DNA of 64,000 nt from a virus. Location of the stretch: positions 1,733-65,732 of the IMG/VR virus record IMGVR_UViG_2881341136_000002; one strand, given 5' to 3'. The position numbers and the translations under genes are program-made. Below are positions 18,238 through 27,550 of this stretch, piece after piece (the first letter of the stretch is position 1; every line of letters starts with the position of its first letter). The notes below the pieces were generated by a model. It did not search any database and was not told the DNA's origin. It saw only the letters and a list, made by a program, of their open reading frames with translations.

Positions 18238-19498
18238 TCAGCGCCGCATGCTGAGACATGCCGACATCACGAACCGCAGTAGCCAGCGCCGTCACAACAT
18301 TATTCGCCATCGTCGCCCGGTCAACGTCTGACATTTCCCAGAGCTTGTTAAACTCGAATGTAAAATCGTCCGGCAATGGCTCACCAAACTGAGAGCGCCA
18401 GCTGATATCCAGCAGCCAGCGAATATGACGGCGCAATCGGCGTTCCTGTAGTAAGTTGACGCGGCTGTAATAATTCTCAAGGTCACCGTCACCCGTATTG
18501 AATCCTGCGGGGGATTGACCGAATAACCGCACCAGCGGAATTCCTGTGGCGCCGGAAACCTGTTCAGCAAAGCGAAGGATGACGTCAGCCACACCCGCAA
18601 ACGAATAGCTGTGCGTGGCGAACTGGTCTTTGCTGTCCATGAGAGTCATTCCCTCAATGGTCTGAAACTCGCGGATCATGTCCATGTGTTTCATCAGCCC
18701 CGCTTTTGCAGGACTGTCATCAGGCATAGCCAGTACGGCTCGCAGCCCTTCAATGCTGTAGGTGCGTAAATGCGCCTTATGGATTAACTGAGTTGTCCCC
18801 ACCGTGGCCGTGTCGAATGCCTCAATGCGTTCAAAAATGCGTTCAACAACCGACATCCCCCAGCCGTTTTCGGTCTGCGCCTGCTGGAATGGCAGTGTAT
18901 CGCCCTCCATGCGAATGAGTCGGCTGTGATGGATTCTCCACGGCGGGATGCCCTGCTGGCTGACAACCACCTTGTAGTATTTGGGCTTTCCAAAGCTCGG
19001 ACCGTAATCCGTCACCAAATCACTATACGTTGGCGTAACCATCCAGCGATCAAGGGTCATTACCCCTTTGAACTGACCTTTTTTGATGCGGTCCAGCTTC
19101 AGGGGCGTGGACATGTCCTGCCCTTCAATCAGAACCACCAACAATGCGCCGCCGTACAGTCTCGACCACTTGAGCGTGTCGTTAATGCCGTCCCATATCC
19201 CTATCTCATCCCAAAACGTTTCAATCTTTCCCTTCTGTCCAGATTTCAACTGAGAACTGATACTGATCCCCTTGCGGGTCATGTCATCAGCCATCGCATC
19301 CACGCCTGCACCAACTAGAAACGATGACCGATACGCAAATTCCAGCATCACACGGTTACGGGTGATATAACCGGGGGTATAGGTGCCACCCGTCTGGATG
19401 TTCTGGGTATTGTTGCCTAGTTTGGCCGTGAAATTGTTGTACCCGTCCGTAGTCGCAACGGGCTGCTGTGCGCCGTTACGGCGTTTCTTTCGGGACAT
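18029..19498 (-). CDS. Portal protein (DUF1073-like)
   Basis: KWSRLYGG, IHHSRL, IPLVRLFGQSPAGFN-GDGDLENYY; follows TerL. Confidence 0.88.
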   Translation of the reverse strand: MSRKKRRNGAQQPVATTDGYNNFTAKLGNNTQNIQTGGTYTPGYITRNRVMLEFAYRSSFLVGAGVDAMADDMTRKGISISSQLKSGQKGKIETFWDEIGIWDGINDTLKWSRLYGGALLVVLIEGQDMSTPLKLDRIKKGQFKGVMTLDRWMVTPTYSDLVTDYGPSFGKPKYYKVVVSQQGIPPWRIHHSRLIRMEGDTLPFQQAQTENGWGMSVVERIFERIEAFDTATVGTTQLIHKAHLRTYSIEGLRAVLAMPDDSPAKAGLMKHMDMIREFQTIEGMTLMDSKDQFATHSYSFAGVADVILRFAEQVSGATGIPLVRLFGQSPAGFNTGDGDLENYYSRVNLLQERRLRRHIRWLLDISWRSQFGEPLPDDFTFEFNKLWEMSDVDRATMANNVVTALATAVRDVGMSQHAALNDLRNLADVIGIGGSITDKDIEDAKAEWEEPELEAGAPPEIRAPVPQKPTGDSAANRRDSGWFLRWFSK

Positions 19499-19500
19499 AA

Positions 19501-21117
19501 TTACTCTCCAGCCAATCTGGCCCATATATCGAGTGAGGATTCCATCGGTGCGTAGTTGATCATGACCGAGTCGGCCAGGTTCGGAGACTTCGTTCCTTCC
19601 GGCTGTTTGTCGACAACAATTTTTCCGACGCCGTTGATCGAATAAGTCGGCTGAGACAGTTCAATAACGAGCTTTTCTTTGTTCTCTATCGAGCTACTGA
19701 TTGAAATGATTTCGTCAGGGTGGTAATCCATGCCCTGAACAGCGCGATACGTGTTGCGGAATAGTTTTCGCAGATGCCACCAGCTCTGTGCTTTCGCATT
19801 TGCGAAGAAATCTTTATTGATGCGGGCTGGTTTTCCGTTGTCGCCTGGTACGGCCTCATCGTCAGGATCAAACACGCCGCCACTGCCACGGAACGGTGTG
19901 GCTGTGATTTGCCGGACACCTTCAGCGCTGCGCAGTTCGTTAATCACTCTCGCGTCACCACGAGCGCCAGCGCCTAATCCATCTTCGTCAAACCGAAACT
20001 CATCGAGCCCGTACTCGTCACAGAAGCCGAACGATTTCTCAACTGACGCGTAAATGTCGCTGCCAACACCAGGCCACTCCTTTACGTCCTGAAGCAGGAA
20101 ACCGTAACGCGCAGAGAATGCGTTTTTATCCTTACCTTCATCAGCAATATCCATTGCGCCGAGTCGGCGGCCAGATGGTTGGATGCCCAGCTTGATATGA
20201 GCATCAACAGCAGCCTGTACCCATTCTGATGGGATGAGAATGCCCTCGGCAGATGCCTGATAGTTGAGATCCAACTCCTGCGCGACAACAACGGGGTTAT
20301 CCAGTTTTTCACATTCTTTCCGGTACCATTCATCATCCTTGCGTGGATCGCTACGCCAGTGAAACGTGAATACTGGGATGCGCCCGCTATGGCGCTTCTG
20401 AGCAAAGGGGTTGCTCATTCCGTTTACTGATGAGAGATCGATACGGCAACGGGTTGTCTGTGATAGCGCGGCGTCAATCAACATCGGTCGCTGAAGGAAC
20501 GCCGCCTCATCCACGAAATAAAGCGTTGTACGGTCACCGCGGCCTATATTGTCCCCCGCTTCACCCTTGATGACGGCACCAGTATCGGGAAACTCCACAC
20601 GCATATACGGTGCGTGCTTTTTATCACTCCACGTTCCGCGAAACTCAGCGGGGAGCATTTCGACAAACTTCCGCGCTTTCCAGAAGAGTGCCTTTGGGTC
20701 GCCGGTACTATCAACGTATTCTTCTTTACGGGAACCGAAGCCGATCACCATTTCTTTGTTAAAGAGACATAGGGAGCAGGCCAGGCCGATTGATGTCCAA
20801 CTCAGTCCCATCTCACGGCTTTTTTCAGTAATGCCGTTTTCGAGATTCTGTCTGCGGGTCATGATCCAGTGAATCCACTCCTCCTGTTTGGGGAACAGCA
20901 GAAACGGGATTGTGACAGGTAGCCCATAGTCGATGTTGCGGGGGTCGGTAGTCATTCCCCAATCGATAATGAACTGCGCCGGATTGTCTTTGTAGAATTG
21001 CCGCAGCGCCGGAAGTTGCTCAGGGTTCTGGCGAATGCGCTGTAACCGCTCCATCCGCCACTCGAAAACCTGCATGTAGTCCGGGTTTTTGAAGTCGAAC
21101 GGAAACGGAATAGGCAT
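19501..21117 (-). CDS. Terminase large subunit
   Basis: [10 protein letters not shown] Walker A region, YFVDEAAF Walker B, MDIADEG and SPNLADS nuclease motifs. Confidence 0.92.
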   Translation of the reverse strand: MPIPFPFDFKNPDYMQVFEWRMERLQRIRQNPEQLPALRQFYKDNPAQFIIDWGMTTDPRNIDYGLPVTIPFLLFPKQEEWIHWIMTRRQNLENGITEKSREMGLSWTSIGLACSLCLFNKEMVIGFGSRKEEYVDSTGDPKALFWKARKFVEMLPAEFRGTWSDKKHAPYMRVEFPDTGAVIKGEAGDNIGRGDRTTLYFVDEAAFLQRPMLIDAALSQTTRCRIDLSSVNGMSNPFAQKRHSGRIPVFTFHWRSDPRKDDEWYRKECEKLDNPVVVAQELDLNYQASAEGILIPSEWVQAAVDAHIKLGIQPSGRRLGAMDIADEGKDKNAFSARYGFLLQDVKEWPGVGSDIYASVEKSFGFCDEYGLDEFRFDEDGLGAGARGDARVINELRSAEGVRQITATPFRGSGGVFDPDDEAVPGDNGKPARINKDFFANAKAQSWWHLRKLFRNTYRAVQGMDYHPDEIISISSSIENKEKLVIELSQPTYSINGVGKIVVDKQPEGTKSPNLADSVMINYAPMESSLDIWARLAGE

Positions 21118-21336
21118 GAGTAGCTACTCTGGAAAATGTGTGAGATTTTGGACTTTTTAACATAATGGATGTTTTGCGCACCGCCGAAACATCACTTACC
21201 ACGCAAGCCGCGTGAAGTGCTTATTTACCTATGTTTTCTCTCTGAGATTGGTCAAAAATCGGTGAATAAATCGTGCATAAAACAGGGCTAAAAATGCATA
21301 GCCCCTTTACCGCCTGAAACGGTTATTTTTGCAGTT

Positions 21337-21810
21337 TTACCCCATCAGCTTTTTATAGGCGTCTGCTGCTTCCTGCGGCGATAGGTTTGTAACCTGCGTT
21401 TGAATGGGTCCGCCATCCTTGCCTGTGCTCTCTACCTTCAGTTTGTTGGTGTATGCATCTCCGACCTCTTTAGCAGCCTGCTCCATCAACTGGGCGGTCA
21501 TCCCATAGTTCTTTGCCTTTTCAGTGTTCGCCGCCATGCGATCAAGCACCCGCAGCCGATACGCTTTATTCGCAATCGGGATATCAGCCGTCTCGTTTTG
21601 AAAACGCTCCCGTGTCGCGTAGAACATATCCACCCACCGTTTTGCAAGTCCTTTCCCTGCCGCCTTGGTAGGGTCGTGTGAAGCTACCTGCTGTCGAGTG
21701 ACCTGAACCTTAAATTCTTTTTGTACGGACTCAACTATTTGCGATGGCGTATCAAGGCACGCAAGCTCTTGAACGATGAAGGCTTTCACTTCTGGTTTCA
21801 GTGATGCCAT
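21337..21810 (-). CDS. Terminase small subunit (DUF2280-like)
   Basis: FIVQELACLDTPSQI...IPIANKAYRLRVL; precedes TerL. Confidence 0.85.
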   Translation of the reverse strand: MASLKPEVKAFIVQELACLDTPSQIVESVQKEFKVQVTRQQVASHDPTKAAGKGLAKRWVDMFYATRERFQNETADIPIANKAYRLRVLDRMAANTEKAKNYGMTAQLMEQAAKEVGDAYTNKLKVESTGKDGGPIQTQVTNLSPQEAADAYKKLMG

Positions 21811-21841
21811 ATTCCACCATCCGTATCAAACAGTATTAAAT

Positions 21842-22006
21842 TTACGCCAATTTTAATAAGCACGTTCCGCACGCTCTGGCGACATCAACCTGAGCAGGAA
21901 CAACGGGCAGATTCATGCGCTCTTTGTACGCTACGCCAGACGCTGCTAAATCGACGTTAACCTTGTCGCGTTCTTCACGCGGTAAATCACCCAGATTGTG
22001 CGACAT
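21842..22006 (-). pseudogene. holE: Chimeric 54-aa ORF: DNA Pol III theta (HolE/Hot)-like N-terminus fused to a foreign C-terminus
   Basis: Own translation [54 protein letters not shown]; residues 14-35 match the HolE [22 protein letters not shown] motif; GGAGGG RBS. Confidence 0.75.
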
Positions 22007-22059
22007 ATGCCCTCCCGATTTTTTGGGAAAGTATACAGCATTATCACAAGCGCTCAGTG

Positions 22060-22282
22060 AACACTCGCCACACTCTCGCAGTGGCCGCGCCCATGCCCTT
22101 GAGTCGCTGTCGCATCATCGCCGCTGATAACCGGTGCGCGTCTGGCTTTCGCGCTGCTTTACCGGAGCTTTTTCTAATCGAAGAACCTTAACCCGTCACT
22201 ACACAGGCTCGCTCGATGGCGACTCAGGGCAGTATCATTACTGCTGCATAGCCTTTCGGCTGCGGTCTAACCGCTTTAGTGC
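22060..22282 (-). ncRNA. Candidate structured RNA
   Basis: Nested and serial stems (see findings), no convincing ORF. Confidence 0.5.
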
Positions 22283-22283
22283 T

Positions 22284-22832
22284 TCATAACGATTCTCCTG
22301 TTATTGCGTTATAGGCGCGTTCACACGTCATTCCCGCTCGGTAAGCGCTGTCAGCCTCTGTCGCATACTCTCCCGCTGCTTTGTCAGATTCACTAAGCAA
22401 CTCGGCAAGCAGTATTGCGGCCTCGGCTTTTGCCGCGCCTGTTGCGGCAATTGCGGAAATTCGGCCAGTTTCACTTGCTGCCAGTTGCCGTTTGAGTTTT
22501 CCGATTGCTGACTGCAACCCGACAGCAGCAGACTGAGCGTTAACAGCATCAGCCTGCGCTTGTTCAATTGCACGCTGCGCATTAGTCGATATCGCATTGA
22601 TCGCTTCCTGTCTGCGTCGTTCTTCCTGACGCTCATCAGATTGACGTTTCGCCAGCGCTTCAGTATCTGCTGTATCGCGCCGAGCCCACTTTAATTGCCA
22701 CGCAGCATTCGCATCATCACGCCCTGCCGTATATCGCCAGTGCGAGAATCCCCATATTAGAAAAGCCACCAGCGTTATGAGCGCTAATGGCTTCAAGTGT
22801 GCTTTGAAAAAAGCAATGGCTGTTGCCGTCAT
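22284..22832 (-). CDS. Rz-like i-spanin (DUF2514-like)
   Basis: N-terminal TM, coiled coil, AGMTCERAY C-terminus; after endolysin. Confidence 0.82.
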   Translation of the reverse strand: MTATAIAFFKAHLKPLALITLVAFLIWGFSHWRYTAGRDDANAAWQLKWARRDTADTEALAKRQSDERQEERRRQEAINAISTNAQRAIEQAQADAVNAQSAAVGLQSAIGKLKRQLAASETGRISAIAATGAAKAEAAILLAELLSESDKAAGEYATEADSAYRAGMTCERAYNAITGESL

Positions 22833-23356
22833 TTATCCAGCCCCCAGCACGATAATTCAGACTCTTGATCGCGCCGCTCTATCTGCCCGTAACAGTTATT
22901 TGAACGGATACGGCAATCGCGGCCACCATCCCAAATCCAGCGCTTAATCTCACGGCATGCACCGAGCCGGTCACCAGCATTTAATTTCCTGTAGAACGTG
23001 GACGGGAAACAACGCCCGGGGCCGATGTTCCACGGACAGAATGAGGCGATGCCGACTTTTTGAGGTTCTGTGAGCGTCACTTTAACGTTTCGGTCTACCC
23101 AATCGAGCGCCTTTTTCTGTTCTTCAGCGTCAATCTGCGCGCAATGCTGCGCCGTAAGTCGCATACCTTTAACTACAGGCTTCCCATCAACGCGAGTCAC
23201 GCCGCCGCAGATTGTCCAGATGCCGCCGCCATCGGGATAGGCCACCAGCCGCACACCTTCTTTTTCTTGCTGAAACTGAGCCATCATGACGGGGGCTGAC
23301 GCGCCAGCAGCAATAAGCGCCAGCATTACCGGACTGAGCTTGCTTACTTTTGGCAT
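22829..23356 (-). CDS. SAR endolysin (GH24 lysozyme)
   Basis: Weakly hydrophobic N-terminus then EKEG..AYPDGGGIWTIC catalytic triad. Confidence 0.92.
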   Translation of the reverse strand: MPKVSKLSPVMLALIAAGASAPVMMAQFQQEKEGVRLVAYPDGGGIWTICGGVTRVDGKPVVKGMRLTAQHCAQIDAEEQKKALDWVDRNVKVTLTEPQKVGIASFCPWNIGPGRCFPSTFYRKLNAGDRLGACREIKRWIWDGGRDCRIRSNNCYGQIERRDQESELSCWGLDK

Positions 23357-23568
23357 TACTCACCCCGTGCCGCTTTTCGTCTGTCTTCTCGTATCTTGAA
23401 ATACAGATTTGTCAGAAACGTAAGCGCAGCGAATGCCAGGCTACCCAAAACGCCAATTGCCGCCCACTGTTCCGGCGAATAACCGTCTAGCAGTTTTTTA
23501 AACCAGAATAAGAAGCTGCCACCAGACGCGCCGTATGCGGCTCCTGTTGTGAAATTTGTCATACGCAT
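23356..23568 (-). CDS. Pinholin (phage 21 S-like) with dual-start Met-Arg-Met
   Basis: [11 protein letters not shown]...[18 protein letters not shown] matches the S21 C-terminus. Confidence 0.92.
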   Translation of the reverse strand: MRMTNFTTGAAYGASGGSFLFWFKKLLDGYSPEQWAAIGVLGSLAFAALTFLTNLYFKIREDRRKAARGE

Positions 23569-23616
23569 AGCCTCACCTCCGGCGTCGCCGTGGCGCTGTG
23601 TGATTTACAGGAAATA

Positions 23617-23639
23617 AAAAAGGCCGCACATGGCGACCT
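23617..23639 (-). terminator. Intrinsic terminator before the holin
   Basis: Minus strand AGGTCGC-CATGT-GCGGCCT-TTTT. Confidence 0.72.
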
Positions 23640-23657
23640 TGATTGGTTTTTCTTTGA

Positions 23658-23945
23658 TTAGACTATCTGAAGTTTTTCTCTCATCCGATACGGCATCCAA
23701 ATTCCCGCTGATTTTGCGGCTACTGACGCGTTATCTGAAAGTTTTTCAACAAGTGACTGAGGCCAATAAACCAAAAAATCCCCGTCGTCTATCTCGACGA
23801 AAGCGCCACCACCTGAATTGGAGGGAGGCAGGACTCTCGCTGATGAAATGTGATGGCATATCTCGCCAAGTTCATGCACAAGGAATTTTACGAAAAATGG
23901 TGATTTTGATTGATGGGCAATAGTCATGCTCACTCCTGATTGCAA
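23658..23945 (-). CDS. Hypothetical moron protein between Q and holin
   Basis: ORF with a SD-like upstream sequence, flanked by terminators. Confidence 0.55.
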   Translation of the reverse strand: MQSGVSMTIAHQSKSPFFVKFLVHELGEICHHISSARVLPPSNSGGGAFVEIDDGDFLVYWPQSLVEKLSDNASVAAKSAGIWMPYRMREKLQIV

Positions 23946-23976
23946 GTTGAGAGCACGTCTTACGCTCTTTGTTTTT

Positions 23977-23999
23977 AAAAACCCGCACGATGGCGGGTT
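23977..23999 (-). terminator. tR'-like terminator after Q
   Basis: AACCCGC-N6-GCGGGTT plus U-run on minus strand. Confidence 0.75.
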
Positions 24000-24036
24000 G
24001 GATTGTACGCATACATTAATAGCAGCGTATAAAATA

Positions 24037-24600
24037 CTACTGGCTCAATGGTTCAAATGTCAATGGCTTTATTTTATCGCGCTGCAATTTTAATTTTTTG
24101 CGCTCCGTCATAGCTTCATGCAGGCGCAAATACAGTAGATATTCTGCGGCATTAATCATTTCCGCTGATTCTCTGCGGCACGTTGATAACGACGGAACAT
24201 CTGTCGTGCGGTGTGTGGGGCCATTGTGTGATATTAGGCAATTAACACTGTCATTATCAGCTATAGCACTGGCGTCACCAGTCATGAGTATTTGACGATA
24301 TACTCTCGCTAGGTGCCGATCGCTACTGCCATACACATAACGACAAAATAATAATACCCACGCTGTCCGGCTGGTTGCGTATATCTCATCAAAAATATGG
24401 CTAATAAGCTCGCCGTCATCATCGGTGCATATTGGGCGTGATGGCATTTCTGCGGGCCTGACTCGCGACATAAACTGATAAATCATGCTCGTCTGCCGTC
24501 TATCCATTCGACCAGAATAAATCCATGCCCCAAACTGTTCCAAAATCGGGGTTAACCATTGTTGTTGTTCCCGCGTCAATTTCAATTCACTGGCGCTCAT
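24037..24600 (-). CDS. Q: Late antiterminator Q-like
   Basis: LEQFGAW...SRPICTDDDGELI; position just upstream of lysis. Confidence 0.78.
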   Translation of the reverse strand: MSASELKLTREQQQWLTPILEQFGAWIYSGRMDRRQTSMIYQFMSRVRPAEMPSRPICTDDDGELISHIFDEIYATSRTAWVLLFCRYVYGSSDRHLARVYRQILMTGDASAIADNDSVNCLISHNGPTHRTTDVPSLSTCRRESAEMINAAEYLLYLRLHEAMTERKKLKLQRDKIKPLTFEPLSQ

Positions 24601-24881
24601 AGTTTCCCCTCAGATATTAGAATGTTTAGTGTTCTCATCACCCCTTCGGCATGGCAAAGGCGTTCTGTTTCTGTATCTGTGTGCCGCGTTCTGCGATCTA
24701 TTTCGTCGTGACAGGAGCTGCACGCCCACGCACCCTGTATATCGTCGGGCTTAATTCCAGTGCCGCAGGTTCCAGCCAATCTATAATGAGCGAGTACGGT
24801 TGTTTCAGGATTGAAATTGCACACGCCAGGTATGCGTATCTGACAATCGCGGCCGCGTGCCTCTTTTTTGAAATTGGTCAT
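24597..24881 (-). CDS. DUF1364/YbcO-like protein
   Basis: ARGRDCQIRIPGVCN..ETTVLAH..AWACSSCHD. Confidence 0.88.
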   Translation of the reverse strand: MTNFKKEARGRDCQIRIPGVCNFNPETTVLAHYRLAGTCGTGIKPDDIQGAWACSSCHDEIDRRTRHTDTETERLCHAEGVMRTLNILISEGKL

Positions 24882-25951
24882 GCATCCCCCTCATCAATAG
24901 CGCATGTGAATGGTTCGCACGATTCAGAGCAGGAGCCTGATTCATAGTTGCGCCCAGATCGCAGGCGTCCGGCCAACTCGTCGCGCTCATACATTGAAAA
25001 CATGCCAATAACGCCGAGGAATGTGTTTTTTTTGCGGTACATTTGCAGGTGGCGGCCAATGCGATTCTCTTCGATCCTGACCTCATCAGATGTCAGTGCA
25101 GACCAGTAATCTTTAGCCAGTTGCGGTTCGTCCATAGCCGCTAGCGCAACTTTGGGGAGCGATTTTTTAATGCAGAAAACACAGTTACCCAGATGCTCAT
25201 CAATTTCTAAATCGAATGATTGGGCAGCCCACCATGAAATAATGTCGGATTTTGTGTATTCAGATACTTCAGCCAAGTAATACAGATTTTCGTTAACTTT
25301 TGACTTCAGATGTTTAAACAGTCGATCTGCCAAATCTTCATGAAACCCATTATCTGTACGAAGATATGCATAACCCACAGCATCCGATTCCCTCGTCTTG
25401 CCAATGGCGTCAATAAAGATGGTGCTGATTTCATCGCGTGTGTATCCCTCCTCATCTAATGATTCGTAGTTTTTATCTCCCCACAGTCGGGCTGGCTCAT
25501 CAAAACGGATGCCCAGCCAAGTGTTATATTTTTTCCGTCCAAAATGATCCTTGCAGTAATGCTGATATGGAGCCTGCTTCATTCTGTCTGTGCATCGAGC
25601 CCCACCAATGAATGGCGTTCCGTACTTCTCCAGCATCCCGATCCATGCTTCCATGTCTGGGATTAATTCATCCTGACTAATCAACCGGTACGTTGATGCT
25701 TTTCCGTGCTGCGGGTTGTATACAACACGAATTAGAGCGATCGGTATCTCCCATTCGTTGATGATGTTCTTTATAAAATCGTACGTACCGGGATGCTCCA
25801 TTCCGGTATCCATGAACGCGTGAGCTACTTTTTCATTGCGGTAAAATGCGTGGGTTTCCATCATGTTGGATAAATACGCTGATGTCCGACCGCCTGAGCA
25901 ACTAACAACGTTAATTAGTCCGTTATTGACCACTTCGCTGATTTTTCTCAC
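24878..25951 (-). CDS. PAPS-reductase-family (adenine nucleotide alpha-hydrolase) protein, GTG start
   Basis: SCSGGRTS PP-loop, FMDTGMEHP, CTDRMK, WLGIRFDE, GNCVFC; GTGA overlap with the upstream stop. Confidence 0.82.
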   Translation of the reverse strand: MRKISEVVNNGLINVVSCSGGRTSAYLSNMMETHAFYRNEKVAHAFMDTGMEHPGTYDFIKNIINEWEIPIALIRVVYNPQHGKASTYRLISQDELIPDMEAWIGMLEKYGTPFIGGARCTDRMKQAPYQHYCKDHFGRKKYNTWLGIRFDEPARLWGDKNYESLDEEGYTRDEISTIFIDAIGKTRESDAVGYAYLRTDNGFHEDLADRLFKHLKSKVNENLYYLAEVSEYTKSDIISWWAAQSFDLEIDEHLGNCVFCIKKSLPKVALAAMDEPQLAKDYWSALTSDEVRIEENRIGRHLQMYRKKNTFLGVIGMFSMYERDELAGRLRSGRNYESGSCSESCEPFTCAIDEGDA

Positions 25952-26541
25952 GCTGCGTACTCCAGCAGCTGCGCGGCTGCGCTCTCCGCTGCCTGCTGGG
26001 TGGGGAATGTGCGATAGAGGATGTAATTCCATAAGACGTTAAGGACAGCGCTGTACAGCTCAGAGAATTCAGCTTCGTCCATTTTTGCAAACGAGATAGA
26101 TTTAGGTTCGCGGCGGATGCTGCCGTCAGGCATCAGGAATGAAACGTAAAAATCAGCTTCGATTGTTGCCCATGCGCGGAACGCCTCAAATGACTTAACC
26201 GCACTGATATTGCCTGCGCGATTTTTTGCGGCGTCGTCCAGATATTGGTTTGCCAGTTCTTGCAGTGTGGACTCATGCCCAGCGTAGTATGCGACCCATT
26301 TTGCAAAACCAGATACCAGCGCTTTATCGGCCGGTGATATGGCGCCGCCTTTCGGCTCCCAGTAGTGGAACCCTAGATTCAGGAGTGAGAAAAATTTACG
26401 GTGAAATGCTGCGTTTCGTGCCTGTCTGAAATCGGCATAAATAACCGCGCCCGTCTTTAGCTTCTTGACGAACTCGTTAGAATCAGGCGTGGCGGGAATT
26501 AATATCCCACCAGCTGACTTTACAAATGAATGCTGTGCCAT
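25948..26541 (-). CDS. DUF1367-family protein
   Basis: RNAAFHRKFFSLLNLGF...PKSISFAKMDEAEF. Confidence 0.85.
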   Translation of the reverse strand: MAQHSFVKSAGGILIPATPDSNEFVKKLKTGAVIYADFRQARNAAFHRKFFSLLNLGFHYWEPKGGAISPADKALVSGFAKWVAYYAGHESTLQELANQYLDDAAKNRAGNISAVKSFEAFRAWATIEADFYVSFLMPDGSIRREPKSISFAKMDEAEFSELYSAVLNVLWNYILYRTFPTQQAAESAAAQLLEYAA

Positions 26542-26625
26542 TACCTATCCTCAGTAATGGCGCAGTTGCTTTGTTTGGGTTGTCGGGTGTTCAGTCCGAT
26601 GTGTTATTATAATCCATAGTGCAGT

Positions 26626-26874
26626 CTATTCATAATACGTATTCTTTAGTTCGTTGCTTTTAGTCCATTCTGGGTGGTTATTTTTCATAAAATCATTAAA
26701 GTGATTTAGTGAGGTGTCGATATCATATTTTTTCATTTCATCCCTAAAGTCATAGAAAGATATTGTTTTCATCTCCTTATTGAATTTTGATATATATCGT
26801 TTTTTTAATGAAGCCGTGAAAGCTTTTTTTGAATTATCCGCTACGATCCCCATAAATACCTCACCTTGTGACAC
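26626..26874 (-). CDS. Small AT-rich hypothetical protein
   Basis: ORF in a markedly AT-rich patch. Confidence 0.5.
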   Translation of the reverse strand: MSQGEVFMGIVADNSKKAFTASLKKRYISKFNKEMKTISFYDFRDEMKKYDIDTSLNHFNDFMKNNHPEWTKSNELKNTYYE

Positions 26875-26883
26875 GTCACGTCA

Positions 26884-27222
26884 CTATATATCTATTTTTA
26901 TTTCGTGCCACCCGCTTGTATTCCAACACTCAGAATCACCGCTCATGCAGCATGATGCGACGGGCAACGACTCACCGCATTTCCCGCAAATCCGATGACC
27001 GATCGCCTTTATTTTTTGGCGCACTCTGGCGTCATCCTGCCGTATCAACATCTGGATATACTCGTCCATGTCATACGCCTCCTTGCCTGGTCGTCGCGCA
27101 GCGCAATTGCGGCGCAGCATTTCCAGTTCCTGAGCATCCAGATTCAGTTCCAGCTTTGTTACGCCAGCTTCGCGCTGGCGCTCCCGTTGTGCTCGTTTAC
27201 GTTCTGCTGATGATTTACCCAT
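26884..27222 (-). CDS. Hypothetical protein (start reassigned to MGKSSAERK)
   Basis: AERKRAQRER and CGKCGESLP..CC..GDSEC motifs seen in prophage nin-like regions. Confidence 0.65.
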   Translation of the reverse strand: MGKSSAERKRAQRERQREAGVTKLELNLDAQELEMLRRNCAARRPGKEAYDMDEYIQMLIRQDDARVRQKIKAIGHRICGKCGESLPVASCCMSGDSECWNTSGWHEIKIDI

Positions 27223-27232
27223 TCGCTCAGCC

Positions 27233-27550
27233 CTAACCCTTGCAAATGACGGTTGCGAAATAAGCGCCGCGGCATGGGGTGTCACGCCCGTAATGCCATG
27301 TTGTCCAGTTACCTCCACTGATGGGGCTGACCTTAAACCACGATTGATAAATGCGGGCGTATGGGTTAATTCCCACTAACCATTGCTCTGCGTCATCAGC
27401 GTCGATGATGTTTTGATGCACTGCGGCCTGAATAACGTCAGCCTCACTGTAATCACCACGCATCACTAACATGCGCTCCTCGTCGTTGGTCAGGTAATCG
27501 ACAATTCCGTCATGTCTTCCTTTTTTAGTTGGCTTGATTAATTCACTCAT
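27233..27550 (-). CDS. Hypothetical protein
   Basis: Coupled ORF in operon. Confidence 0.6.
   Translation of the reverse strand: MSELIKPTKKGRHDGIVDYLTNDEERMLVMRGDYSEADVIQAAVHQNIIDADDAEQWLVGINPYARIYQSWFKVSPISGGNWTTWHYGRDTPCRGAYFATVICKG

Noticed and set aside
18029-19498. Possible anti-CBASS (Acb1) label for the DUF1073-type gene
   Set aside because: Position after TerL, length and motifs are those of a portal protein; nothing supports an anti-defence role.
22024-22039. LexA box upstream of the holE chimera
   Set aside because: Minus strand reads CTG-N10-CAA, one arm mismatched; too weak to call.
25952-26032. N-terminal extension of the PAPS-reductase-like ORF
   Set aside because: It overlaps the DUF1367 gene; a GTGA coupled start at 25951 is more plausible.
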